Assembly: GCF_964355755.1 (NCBI RefSeq) | Contig: NC_092679.1 | Span: 10,461,432 to 10,525,431 of the forward strand | DNA: 64,000 bases | Reading direction: 5' to 3' | DNA from: Antedon mediterranea | Lineage: Eukaryota; Animalia; Echinodermata | Part shown: piece by piece, positions 24,628-37,215 of the stretch | How positions within the stretch are numbered: the stretch's first letter is position 1 | How the letters are laid out: every line of letters begins with the position of its first letter | Notes under the pieces: model-generated | Told to the model about the DNA's origin: nothing | Database searches by the model: none | The model's input: only the letters and a program-made list of their open reading frames with translations | Translations under genes and position numbers: made by a program

Positions 24628-25129
24628 ATAAATTTATTTGATTAATTAAGATTAATTTGACTTTTTGAAATAGTGTTCATTGTTCCAAAAGAGAGAGAGA
24701 GAGAATAACTAGTTACTTTTTTGTGTATGTTTTTTGAAATCTTTATACAGTAATTGCTTTGTTAGTGGACCCTGGACGTCCAGGGTATGTATTAAAGTTA
24801 TTCATTCCTGGCCTCATTAAATCTTCCTAATGTCTATCTCATGATCTTTTCATGGCATTTGCTTAGCTTTAAGGAGCATTTTCTTTCAACTTTGCAAGCA
24901 TCAATAAAAACGCAATTACTTGATACCAATAATACCATCTGCTTCAGTTTCATAAAATGACACATTTGTTGGATATTACAACAGATTATAATATTTAATC
25001 AAATGTTATTTTGCAATACCAATCTAGAATTATGGACGATTATACCCTCGAAAAAATCTCATTGTAGATGATAATTTAACCGAAAAGTATTGCTACTAAA
25101 ACCATATTACTTATCATGTACTTCTTACT

Positions 25130-25500
25130 TCAAATCTTGCGTATGGTATATTAATATGGGGCTCGGGAAATAACAAATATTGGTCAAAAATGTTTTCTTT
25201 TGGGGATCAAAGCTGTGGAATACATTTCCAGAAGAGATTAAAAATTGTCGAACTATTTATTCTTTTAAATGTAAATCACATGAGAGGTACATGAGTGGAT
25301 ACAGAAATGAGAGATAACAAGATGTACTAATAACTGTTTAATTTGTAATAATGTTTTATTAACCACTTAAATACTCTTAATCTATAAATTATAATTTGTT
25401 GTTAATTATTTTTCACAGAAATATTTTTTCTCATGGCTCTGCAAATAAAAGCTTCCTAATTCTCAGAGTTCATTTTTCACTGACTACAATGATCAATTGT
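25130..25500 (+). pseudogene. Degraded 3' end of a Crack/L2-like LINE
   Basis: TNIGQK..GSKLWNTFPEEIKNCRTIYSFK. Confidence 0.5.
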
Positions 25501-25522
25501 ACTTTCATTTTAATTTATAATT

Positions 25523-25830
25523 ACTAGATTTTAATAGATAATTACTCGCTTCGCTCGCGTACCATCTAGGTCGTGCCCACAGATGGTTCTCGAATACACA
25601 GTAATTTCAGCGTAAAAAACGAAAGAGAGAATTGTCACAAAATAAGTCCAATTTTTTTATTTGGACTCCTGTAACATTAGGGTTGAGGGACGGGGAAGAG
25701 TATGGGTACAAAGAGGAATAAATTGTAAATATATTCTTTAAACAATCAGTAACGAAATATTGTTTCCATGTTTTATAGGCCTATAAATAATATATCACTA
25801 AACACAGTAAAACAATTGCTATTTAATATT
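25523..25830 (-). mobile_element. Helitron 3' end, same family as 44885-46289
   Basis: The minus strand ends ACCATCT..AGATGGT hairpin ...CTAG|T and aligns with 45900-46285. Confidence 0.7.
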
Positions 25831-26109
25831 AAAGTACATACAAACTTTTTAATGTTAAAGATAATATTCAGGTAGTAGAAGTGAAAAAATATGATTTATA
25901 TGGCAAAAACGCTTCAGTAAAAACATTTTACAAAGGATTTTTAATAAACTAGAGGGTTCGCTCGCGCACCTTAGTGGGTGTACCCGAATGGCCCCCGAAA
26001 ACATGACCAACGCCTCTGGAAACTGAACTTGACAGCAATCGGTCGTTATAGGAACGTAAAGGGGGAAAGTTACTCAATAGATTTATTTATTTGTAAACTA
26101 AATGTGCAT

Positions 26110-27395
26110 TAATTAGTAATTTTCCTGTAATGATGTAAAAACTTTACAACAATTGGTAAAGTAAAATGGGAAGCAGAGTTTTTAAATAAGACTATGGTAT
26201 GGAACAAAATATGGAATAACAAAGTCAAAGATATGAAACATATGGTAAAAGTTGCGCAATTCAATTTTAAACTTTTACATCGCATACTTGTTTGTAATAA
26301 AAGATTACATATTTGGAAATTGTCTAAAACTAATATTTGCGATAGATGTAAGAATGTGATAGAAAACGAAGAACATATGTTACTTAAGTGTAAAGTGATT
26401 AAGCCAGTTTGGAGGAAATTCAATAATCTTATTGTTGAATGTTTTCCCAATGAAACGCCAATACATTGGTTTGATATAGTTACTGGTTCCAAAGATAAAC
26501 TTGTAAATGAGCTAACATCTATCTTTACGTTTTGTATATACAAATCCCGCATAAGGCTTAGTTTATTAGATAACATGATGGGTAACGAATCAAAAAGTAT
26601 CTTGAATATGTTTAAGTTTGAATTAAAAAATCTTATAGAAAATGAATACGCATGTAATCAGTATAAAGCAGTTATAAAATGGAATGATGTTAAAATTAAA
26701 TTATTAGAATTCATAAAATAAGAAAAATATAAAACTAGTACAAGCTGTAGTGTAAAACTAACACCTAGACTTATACTAAAACTAATACATGATAGAAATA
26801 AATGTATTAGGGTAAAACATAGACTGAAACACACGGTCAAGCATATAAGTAAACAAACTGGTAAATGTAAAGGGCCAACATAGTAAGAAAAGAACTTTAA
26901 AGGAATAGAAATAGTGGAATGAAACAAATGTTATACAAGGCCAAAACATAAAAAGTAGCATATAATGTGTTTATAATAACTATATTAAACTGATTCGTAA
27001 ATGTAAATAGGTATATTAATGTGTGTATGTGTGTATATAATTATTTGTAACGGATGTAATATAAGGTCAAAAGAAATAAAGAAACAAATTGTGAGTACTG
27101 ATTTAAGATATAATAAAAGAAACAGCTACTTTTTAATACATTTCTTAATATAAAGTAAATTTAAATGATAAATAGTTGTACTTTTACTATAACTTGCAAT
27201 AAACATAAAATGTACGTTTTTAAAGCATACTTTTACTCCATCGATTTTATGTACATGTATAGATATAGTGCCTTTTTAGCTGTTATATTGCATTTTATTG
27301 TTCTTTATTTTATAAAAATGTATGTATGTTATGTAATATATATTTGTAAAAGGAATGAATAAATGTGGGTGACCCCCACGAAAGAGAAAAAAAAA
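26110..27395 (+). pseudogene. L1/Tx1 LINE 3' end (zf-RVT cysteine-rich domain, ORF 26194-26721) with 3' UTR
   Basis: FNFKLLHRILVCNKRLHIWK..CDRCKNVIENEEHMLLKC..W; ends AATAAA..GTGGGTGACCCCCAC..poly(A). Confidence 0.85.
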
Positions 27396-27639
27396 CAATT
27401 GGTATTAATCTGTAAGTGACCGAGTTTCACGCAACAAACTTGTTTAGAAATGGTATGGATATTATCATCCGGTTTACTAGGCTAGTAGTAATAGTAGGCC
27501 AGCCTAGGCCTAGTCGTAAAACGGTTTCGGACCAACTTTAGGCCTGGTTAACTAGGCCTGGTGTCTTTACTATGTGGATTTTGGCGAAACTTTGATGTAA
27601 GATTTATGAATTATAAAATGTAATACATTTGTCGATAGT

Positions 27640-28027
27640 GATAACTTGTTTTTATAGGCCTATCGGTGCTGTGTAAGTAACTTTTTCGTTGTTTGTTGAT
27701 CTCACCGGGCGATATTATCATTGTGATGTGTCTTGCACAAAATCGCGAATATCTCGACTTTCTTGCGCGAAACTACGAAAAACTCAAAAAGTGGGTTACT
27801 TTTATTTTACTATTACGATTTACATATTGCGATTTGAAAATCGTTCTTGGTACCATTGTAAAGCTAAAATATTTATGATTATTTTAGTCTAAATTAGTTT
27901 TACATATAAATCAGATCACATACATAGTTTTTAAGTTTCTATCAGCTTTAATAAAAACATCAATTGGGCTAAAAACGCTGGCGGTGGCAGTTTCTAACTG
28001 GAAAAACCTACTGACAGTCAAAGTGTA
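27640..28027. mobile_element. Possible piggyBac-like MITE arm
   Basis: Ends GACAGTCAAAGTG(T)TAA-like; the other end was not found. Confidence 0.25.
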
Positions 28028-28190
28028 AGAGGTGGTCATTTACGAGAGGTGTGGTCGTTAAAAGAGGTGGTCGCTTATGAGAAGCGGTCCCTTATGAGAG
28101 GAGGTGATCCCTTACGAGAGGTGGTCGATTATGAGAAGCAGTCCCTTAACAGAGATGGTTGCTTACGATCTGTGGTCGTTTTGCTTACAA
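28028..28190. repeat. ~18-20-bp tandem GAGAGGTGGTCGCTTAT units (Tc1/mariner MITE subterminal type)
   Basis: About eight degenerate units visible. Confidence 0.7.
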
Positions 28191-28261
28191 TTAAGAGGAG
28201 GTGGAAAGACTGATTTGCATTTGCACATGATTTTAGACATTTTTGTAAAAAAAAATATATA

Positions 28262-28443
28262 GCATTTTCTACATTAGCTGCAGGTGATAGTAACTACATA
28301 AGTTGGGAGGCAAATTTCGTTACTACATAAGCTGTTGACCGTTTTTACATTAGCTGGAGGTTTCACTACATTAGCGGTGGATTGTTCTACATTAACGGTT
28401 ATTTCGACATTAGCTGGCGTTTTCTACATTAGCGGTTGTAACA
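28262..28443. mobile_element. Element end with tandem CTACATTAGC units terminating ...TGTAACA (Ginger-like)
   Basis: Reverse-complement sister copy at 46693-46852 starting TGTCACA. Confidence 0.6.
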
Positions 28444-28959
28444 CGGCTCTTTCGGAAATCAAAAATTATTCGAACCACCGGGAAATAGCCACAATTGTAC
28501 AACTCTCAATAATATGTAAAAGTAAATGCAATAATAACGTTTGGCAAAACAATTCTTTTCTTCCTAAATCCCCCAAAAAATCCCTGACAAAAAAAAAACA
28601 CCCAATTCTCAAGCAATAATCAACCCTTAACAGTATCCCTATTCCCAACACAATTTCTATAACTCCACAAACTTCCCAATCCTTCCAGACAAAGTATCAA
28701 CAATTTTCTTATTATCAAACAACTCACAGAAACCCCCTACAAATACATTTACATTAATACCCCATAATGAATAATTAAACACGTAATCAAAGTCCACAAT
28801 ATCGTTACTTCTTGTCCTCTTCTGTCTCCGATGCTGGCATATAAATAAATTACAAAAGATAAAAGTTAAAATGTTTCTGCAACTGTTGAACAGCTACAAT
28901 GCCTCTGTTCCCGTTCTGCTGTTATCACCAATAATTAATATTTCCAAATTCTCGATACT

Positions 28960-31043
28960 TTAGTTAAGATCACCGTGGATGACTAATGGCATACAAAAAT
29001 CTATCCTAACAAAACAAAAATTATATTATGAAATATATAAGTAAATTAGATAAAATAAGTCATGTGGTCATGATGATATAATGATAAAATATATTGTAAG
29101 TAATTATGATTTACTTTCAAAACCAATTTCTCATATTGTTAACAAATCACTTGAGAGTGGTTTATTTCCAGATCAAAGCAAAAACTGTGCCTGTGTATAA
29201 AAAGGGTAATAAAGATGAGGTTAGCAATTACAGATCGATATCTACCTTACCATGTCTATCTAAGATCTATGAGAGAGAAGTATACGATCAGACAATGTCA
29301 TTTTTACTTACTCGAAGGATGTAAATCAGATTACAGATATAATACACGGAGTGCCCCATGGCTCGATATTGGGACCGTTATTGTTTCTATTGTATGTTAA
29401 GGATATGCCTGGTATATGTACGCAAACAGAAACAATAATGTTCGCAGAATGGTATTGATACTGCATTTAATATAATCGTCTAAGTATGTGGTTCAAAGCA
29501 AACATACTTTCTGTAAATTAAATATAAAACGAAATATATATTGTTTAAAGGCAAAACTAAACCAATTGATATTGGCTTAAATAAGCTCAAAATAAACGAT
29601 GATGTACTAGAACGTGTAGAAAGCATACGATTTCTTGGTATTGAACTGGACCAGTTCCTGACGTTCTCCTATCACGTAAATGACATTGCCACCAACATTT
29701 CTATTACAATTGGTTCCCTCAATAAACTATAAAAAAAATCCTTCCCTATAAAATCTTATTAACTATATACAACCCACTGATCTTACCAAATATATCATAT
29801 TGTATAACAGTCTGGGGCACTACTGATGCCAAAAACATGAAACGTATCCATGTACTTCAAAAAAGGCTTTAAGAATTATATGTAAAACAAACTACTACCA
29901 TCCATCAATACCACTATTTATTAAAACTAATTCCCTTACCGTTTATGAAAATTTATTTCACCTTTTATGTTTAAATACAATAAAAATCAACTTCCATCAA
30001 ATTTTAATTCCTTTTTGTTTGAAAAACAGTTATATTTTTTTAATTTACACGTGCGTAGCCTGTCACTTTTGACGTGCTCGTATAACGTAATTTCGAGTTG
30101 AAAAGTAAGACAAGAAAACAGAAATCGGGCAAAAAGAGTGCGCAATATCATTTAACGTGCAGTGGGCGCGCAAAAATCTGCGCGCTCATGGCAATTTTGT
30201 AAACGCTTAAAATTGCCTGAAACGTACTCTTATTTCATCGAAAATAAATTTTGAAATTTTTAAGCGCGCGTACGCATGCGATACATGCGCTACGCACGTA
30301 ATTGTATTGCCATATGATGATTTATGCCCTGAAATGTATGAGTACCAAATTTTATTTAATTGTGATTCATGGTTGTGAAGATATGATTACAAACGTGATT
30401 TCGTTAAATCGTCCGTAGACCGCGTAATTTTTTATTGCGCACCGTGAAAACATAACCACATCGATTCCTGGCCATAAGGAATATACTGTGAAAAATTGAC
30501 TTAGCTAGATTAAACTGATATCAAGATAAGGTCAGAAAGCGATAAAACGCATAGTGATACCGGACCGACCGACCGACCGACATAGTGAACTATAGAGTCG
30601 CTTCCACGCGACTAAAAATGTTTATATCACCAAAAAGAACACAAACATGGGACAAAGGGGAATATCTTATGAAGAGCCAAGAATATGGAACAATATTAGT
30701 AACGAAATTAGAATGAGTAATAATTTGTAAAATTTCAAAAGGAAAATTAACAGTTTATATATTATTGAATACAGGAACAATGTAAATAGGTGTTTATGTG
30801 AAAACTGTATTATTTGTAATCAAATATAACTGAATTATCAATTGTTGTTTTTAATATCAATATTTTTGTTAATGTTTAAGTTGTTGACTATTGAGAGGGG
30901 CGCCCAACTTAAAGCTTGCTTGCTGTGGCGTCCCTTTTCCACTTACCAACTTCTTTTCTTGCATTATATTATTTATGTTCATTATCGGTTGTAATTTTGT
31001 TATGCTACTCTGTATTTTGCTTTATTATTTGTGGAAATAAATA

Positions 31044-31098
<55 letters not shown>
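28960..31098 (+). pseudogene. Crack/L2-like LINE remnant with (TAT)n tail, interrupted by a HINE
   Basis: AKTVPVYKKGNKDEVSNYRSISTLPCLSKIYER, GVPHGSILGPLL, FLGIELD, SYCITVWG; resumes at about 30620 (RIWNNISNEIR); 3' stem-loop at about 30895-30935 and (TAT)n at 31043-31098. Confidence 0.8.
30017..30618 (-). mobile_element. HINE with (GACC)n microsatellite, family 2, partial
   Basis: Ends AGAGTCGCTTCCACGCGACTAAAAA after (CCGA)n; near-identical to 57520-58078. Confidence 0.85.
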
Positions 31099-31099
<1 letters not shown>

Positions 31100-31519
31100 C
31101 TTCAAGTGAGAAGCAACTACTCTCCTATTTGTAACAGTTATTCCTTTCTTTAATTTCCATATACAAATTACAATTAGTCACCAATAATCTCAATAATTAA
31201 AAGTTCTCAATAATTTCAAGTACAGCCTTATAGTATTACTTCCAACTCATTATTTCACCAATCAGCAACTCGCACCCTGACTGAACTCTTATACTTATAC
31301 ACCAATCAGAGACCTCCGCACCACTGGCTTCACACAATAGCTTCCTAAAACAAAGAAAGGTTCAAATAGTGAAAACAAAGGGAAAGTGAAAATAGACTTA
31401 TGTCACTTGTGACAGGGGAATCCTTGACGGAGGCCTCTTTTCAAATAAAGAAAAAGGAAGTTCATTTCACTTAATCAAAGGCCTTTTCGAAATTAAAGGA
31501 AAAAAAAAATAAATTTGAC

Positions 31520-32710
31520 TTGTTATACAATTCCGCATGTTCTATTACTAATCGTATGTTTTCTCCAATATATATATACCTTCAAGGAACCCAGTCTGTT
31601 CTGCCTGGTTATTGCTCAATCCCAATTCTACCATTAAAGAGCATAGCCAAGTTAGATTGCATTGCGAACTCTTGCTATTTTCTAACTCTAATTCCACTCT
31701 AGTAATAGTGGTTTATTTACTACGTAAATACTGAATAACCCCTGTTTCCAGTAAAAGACATTCCTCTATCGGTTAGAAATGAAGAAATAATAGCATCTTA
31801 AAAAAAACTAGGTTGCAACATTATAGAAGGCATACAGAAAATTAAGAATAAACGGGCGTTTTTTTAATAGAGACCGGGTTGTTCTAGTCGAGCCTTTTCA
31901 AGATACGTTAAAATAAACAGCTTTAACGCCAGAGTCTTTCACAGAGATCAGAAACATGAAATAAAATGTTTTGAATGTGGTCTAACCGGGCATAAATAAA
32001 TTATAAATGAATGCCCAACAAAGTTAGGTCTATGCAAAAGAAAAACTGTGACAAGCTTGAACAGTGATATTACCACATCTGAAAGAGAACATCTTGTTCT
32101 ACAATTCCGCATTCAATTATACAATTGTATAATTGTTATACCATTCCGCATGTTATATTACTAATCGTATGTTTTCTTCAATATATATATACCTTCAAGG
32201 AACCCAGTCTGTTCTGCCTGGTTATTGCTCAATCCCAATTCTACCATTAAAGAGCATAGCCAAGTTGGATTGCATTGCGAACTCTTGCTATTTTCTAACT
32301 CTAATTCTACTCTAGTAATAGTGGTTTATTTACTACGTAAATACTGAATAACCCCTGTTTCCAGTAAAAGACATTCCTCTATCGGTTAGAAATGAAGAAA
32401 TAATAGCATCTTAAAAAAAACTAGGTTGCAAAATTATAGAAGGCATACGGAAAATTAAGAATAAACGGGCGTTTTTTTTAATAGAGACCGGGTTGTTCTA
32501 GTCGAGCCTTTTCAAGATACGTTAAAATAAACAGCTTTAACGCCAGAGTCTTTCACAGAGATCAGAAAAATGAAATAAAATGTTTTGAATGTGGTCTAAC
32601 CGGGCATAAATAAATTATAAATGAATGCCCAACAAAGTTAGGTCTATGCAAAAGAAAAACTGTGACAAGCTTGAACAGTGATATTACCACATCTGAAAGA
32701 GAACATCTTG
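31520..32710. repeat. Recent tandem duplication, period 613 bp
   Basis: 31520-32095 and 32133-32710 are nearly identical (twin 60-aa ORFs at 31520 and 32133). Confidence 0.95.
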
Positions 32711-33200
32711 ATCAAATAATAGAAATTGAAGAAGACAATGAAACAGCAGACGATGAACAGCATGCATCTATTGATTGACACAATACGAACAACGTCATAG
32801 ATGTCCTTCAAGAAACCAGTTAATCCGAAAAACACTGTAGATTCTATGGAATTAGACGAAAAAGTTCAAATGATAATGCAAGAAGTAATTGAAGAACGAA
32901 AATTGTCAGCCAACAGACAACACAAGAGACCAAAGAATTCAAGATTACTACAACCGAGAAAAAGAAACAGAAGCAACGAGAAAAGAAAAAAAGACACTGA
33001 AAACAAGAACACTGAAAAAGCAGTTAAAAATACCGAATGAATGCGCCCCATTTTACTATGATTACGTCTCAGAAACCAGAAAATCTAGAAAATTGTGACC
33101 AAGCTGCAATCGCTAGGCAAACATTTGCGGCTGCAAAAAGAAAGAAACTAACAGAAAGTGGAGAAAAATGCTGAAAAGAAAGGGAAAAATCTGATTCCGT
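31740..33200 (+). pseudogene. L1/Tx1 ORF1 remnant (gag-like zinc knuckle), partly duplicated
   Basis: KDIPLSVRNEEI..LGC..DRVVLV..ARVFHRDQ..KCFECGLTGH..ECP appears twice, followed by a basic low-complexity tail (ORF 32801-33040). Confidence 0.7.
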
Positions 33201-33329
33201 AAGTTAAAATATCACTTAGATAAACTCAATATAGAGTATTGTCAAAAGTAAATGTTTTTTTTAATCACAAATGTAAAAAAAAAATACATATATGACAAAC
33301 GTAAATTTAAAAAAAATTCTCTATATTTA

Positions 33330-34160
33330 ATATCTTGATGTAATGTTGTTCTGATAAAGCGCTATACAATCAAAAGATTGTCCCAAAGCGCTGAGAGAAA
33401 ACAGAAAAAATACAAAGAAAAAAGATGGGTTTTTAAGAGTGATTTCTTTTTTTAGGATCAGGAAGATTGTTCCGCAGTTTAGGAGCTACAAAGGCTCGAT
33501 CAACATAGGTCGGTTGGGTCGAACAAAAGATGGATTAGTTGGTCGACCTAAGAGATTAATTAATTATAAATTAAATTGGAAATATATGATGGGGATTTGT
33601 CGTGAAGAGATTATATGTAATTAACATAGGTTTTAAAATAATTCGTTGTTTAAGTGACGTGTATATAATATTGGTGTAATATGAGCAAATCTTGAAGTGC
33701 CGGATACAACTCGTGCAGTATTTAAAATAAGTTGTAGTTTATTAAGTTCTTTATTTGGTAGACCAAACAAAATGGCATTGCAGTAGTCTAACCGTGATGT
33801 TATGAGTGCGTGGACAAGTTTAATAAGCGAGGAGTGGGTTAAGGATTTGCGAATTGATCTTATGTTACTAATGATGTTGATATGTCTGAACATAGTCAAA
33901 TACAACTCCGATATTTCTAACCTCCAACGATGTGTGATTGAGGTGTTGCCAATGCTGATGTTTCTAGCAATGGGCAAATTATTGGAGTGTTTTGAATTAA
34001 GAAATAAGACTTCTCTTTTACCAGGGTTAAAACAGAGCATGTTTTTAGTTAGCCAATCCTGAACATCAACAACACAAGCTGCGATAACCGACTTCGCCTC
34101 ATTAAACTCTGCTGGTTGTTGCGTGTCATCTGCGTACACATGATATTGGACACCATCTTT
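33330..34160 (-). pseudogene. L2 LINE 3' fragment inserted antisense into the Tx1 element
   Basis: YADDTQ..VHALITSRLDYCNAILFGLP..KLQLILNTAR..HITPIL. Confidence 0.88.
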
Positions 34161-34219
34161 TCTTTTAAGAAGTTAGTTCATAATGCAGAACAATCGACGT
34201 TGGTCTGATCCACAGCCAT

Positions 34220-35345
34220 CAATTAAATGTACGAGGTCTGAGAGGTTAGTTTAAGAAAAGAAAGTTTTTAAATGGTTTGAAGACCAAAAACGATATTATA
34301 TTTCTACAGGAAACACATCTTGACAAAAAAAACTACTAGTTGTAAAGCAAAACTGTGGAAAGGTACATCATATCACAGTTATGGTACAACAAATAGTAGA
34401 GGTGTTTCTATCTTATTTAAATCAAATTTTGATACGAAATACATTGATAGTGAAGGCAGAATGATTATTCTTAGTATAAAATATAAGACAAAAACAATTA
34501 TGGTAATTTAATAAATGTGTATTCCCCGAATAACTACAAAGAAAGAGCCTTGTTCATCAAAGAAGCTGAAAAAAGATTGACACTCTTTCTACGGACGAAT
34601 ACATCATTTTCGGTGGTGATATGAACTGTATTCTAGATTGAAAGATAGATCAGAAAAATAGTTGTAATAGTTATGATAACTCACCATTAGTTCTGAACAC
34701 ATATTGTCAGACATATTGAGACAATGTCATTAAAGAAAATCTCAGTTCACTTGGTGTCGCAAAGACACCTACAGACTATTAGACTTTTGGTGTATTACAA
34801 AAGCCATGTATAAGAACGGAATTGTAAAAGTCATCAGATATAAGAAGATCTTCCCCTTTTTCCGACCACCAAGCCATTTCACTTAAACTGGTAAATGAAG
34901 ACAATGATCGGGGACCTGGTATTTGGAAATTAAATAACAGCGTCATAAAATTAAGAAATATACAGTATTGCCATAAGAAAAATAATCGAAAATGTTTTAA
35001 AAAATAAAATAATCTCAACCCAGAATTGTTATGGGAATATCTAAAAATAAAAGAATTCTCTATCAAATATTGCATAAAAAAACAAAAATGCTCTGAAAGA
35101 CAATCTGAATAAAGAGATCCAAATATTAATTGTTAACTTAGAAAACAGCTATAATGAAGAACTAGATAAATAAAAATAAAAGATCTTGAAATTATTTATT
35201 AAGCTGAAGCACAAGGTGCCAAGATCAGATCTAGAATAGAGTGGTTCGAAAACGGCGAACAGAACACAACATTTTTTTTACGGTTAGAAAAAAATAATGC
35301 AAAAAGAAAACATATTACGTTGCTAAAAAAAGAAAAATGGTAAAA
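34220..35345 (+). pseudogene. L1/Tx1 ORF2 endonuclease region, disrupted
   Basis: LNVRGL, DIIFLQETH, GTTNSRGVSILF, DSEGRMIIL, FGGDMNC, RLDFW, SDHQAI, RGPGIWKLNNS, GAKIRSRIEWFENGE. Confidence 0.88.
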
Positions 35346-35579
35346 TAAACACTTAATTTATATTTCTGGAACAGCTGTGGTAAACATTTGAGAATGAACG
35401 AGAAATAACAATGCCTAAATACAAATAACAATGCCTAAAAATGTATTTATTTATAATTATCAGTTTCCGATATGTACTCATTTCCTATTTTCTATTTCTT
35501 ATATTTATTAATTCTTTGTCCAGTTATAAAGAATAGTTGACTTGATTGAAACATAATTTAAATTTGTCTGAAAAATCGC

Positions 35580-36150
35580 TGGCTGCCTTAAGTAACAACT
35601 TAGGATCATTTTCGTTGTCTCCAATGAGTACCATCGTCTGCCCAAAATAGACTACGTAGCTTTCTGTCAAGAACAATTTTTTTTTTAAATTGTAAAGAGT
35701 ATTGGGAAGAGGGAACAGCCTTGTTTGACATCTTCATTGACAGTAAACAATTCAGATTCGATGCCATTAAACAATACTTTACATTTAACATTTGTGTAAA
35801 GACCTTTGATAATGTTATAGAGGTTACCTTTTATCCCAATTTCTCTAATTGCAAATAGAAGTCTCTCCAGAATGTGTCAAACGCTTTTTGGAAGTCTAAA
35901 CAAGACTGCTTGTCGGGTGGCAATAATACTTTTTAATACAAATATGTGGTCTTCGCAGTGCCGGTCCTTCCTAAATCCACCCTGAACCTCTGTTAACGGA
36001 TCATGTTCTTCAATAAAGTTTGACACAGTCTGTGATAATTCTATTTTATATTTTTGATACACACGAGTTTAATGTGATGCCTCTATAATTGTTCAAGTCT
36101 CTGTGATCTCCTTTTTTAAATATTGGTATTATAGTTCCTATATTCCATTA
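35580..36150 (-). pseudogene. RTE-X-like reverse transcriptase fragment
   Basis: KKGDHRDLNNYRGITL, QGGFRKDRHCEDHIFVL, DFQKAFD, LFWADD. Confidence 0.75.
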
Positions 36151-36659
36151 GGTATTTTCTCTAATAATTTAAAAGAAAAGTTTACATCCGGGTATGAAGC
36201 TTCTCGCATACACACAGAGCCAAAATACTATTTTGGACTTGCACAGTGTATGGACTCTAACCTTACGGTTTAAATTAAATAGATCATTCCATGCTATCCA
36301 TTCTAAATATCTTATTTTCAAACTTTTGCATATTTCTTACTCGTCTTATCCATTTTTGTCTTGGTGAAAAAGGGAGGGTATTTTATATTCCTCCCCTGAG
36401 TTTATAGCCTCTCTACCCGAACACGAACATTATAGAATAATGAAAACTGTCAAAAGTACGTTTTTAATCAATTTTTATCGTCTTTTTATTGCCATTTTGT
36501 TACTTATTTTATATATTTAAATTAATTGTTTTTTTAATTTAATTTTGTTTAAATGTAAAATAAAGAATGCAAAAATGGTTTTAAAAACATCAAAATCAAT
36601 CATTTTATACACTGCCATCAAATGTTTTTATTACAACTACTTTTAACGTAATATTTTCA

Positions 36660-37215
36660 ATGATAAACTAAGTTGGGGAGACATCAGCAAAAAAATTAAA
36701 TCCCAGAATGTATTGTATGTGAACTTTATCTAAATTTAACTCCGGTAATCTGATGTTACTTTCGTTCTATAAATCCGTAATATGTAGTGTTTGGACGTAC
36801 TGCCTCTCCTGTTGGGCTGGTAATGCTACCGGAGGGAATAAAGGACGCCTTAAAACTTTCATCCGTCGGGCTGGTAAAATGATTGGTCTAGAACTGCCTT
36901 CCATTACCGATGTGCACCAAGAACACCTCCAGAAAGATTTCGAACGCATTCAGTCGGATTACTCTCATCCTCTCCACAAAGTAATCATAGACCAACTTAA
37001 TCCAAGTGGTAGATTGAGGCTCCCCAGTGTGAAAACAAATCGATATGCCAAATCCTTTATCCCCTCCGGTATCACCCAGTACAACAGGAAGTCAAGAAGA
37101 TAATAACTTAACTTATTTTGTATTTTTTAGATGTTTTTATATGAATGGTTGTTCTATCCTAACAACCTGTTAGTGACGGTTTCATCGCTGTTGGTTGACA
37201 ACTGAATAAAATTAA
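36660..37215 (+). pseudogene. Rex1/Babar-like LINE C-terminal fragment
   Basis: FYKSVICSVWTYCLSCWAGN..RRAGKMIG..DYSHPLH..PSGRLRLPSVKTNRYAKSFIP. Confidence 0.8.

Noticed and set aside
30916-31134. Poly-Tyr ORF
   Set aside because: It is the (TAT)n tail of a LINE.
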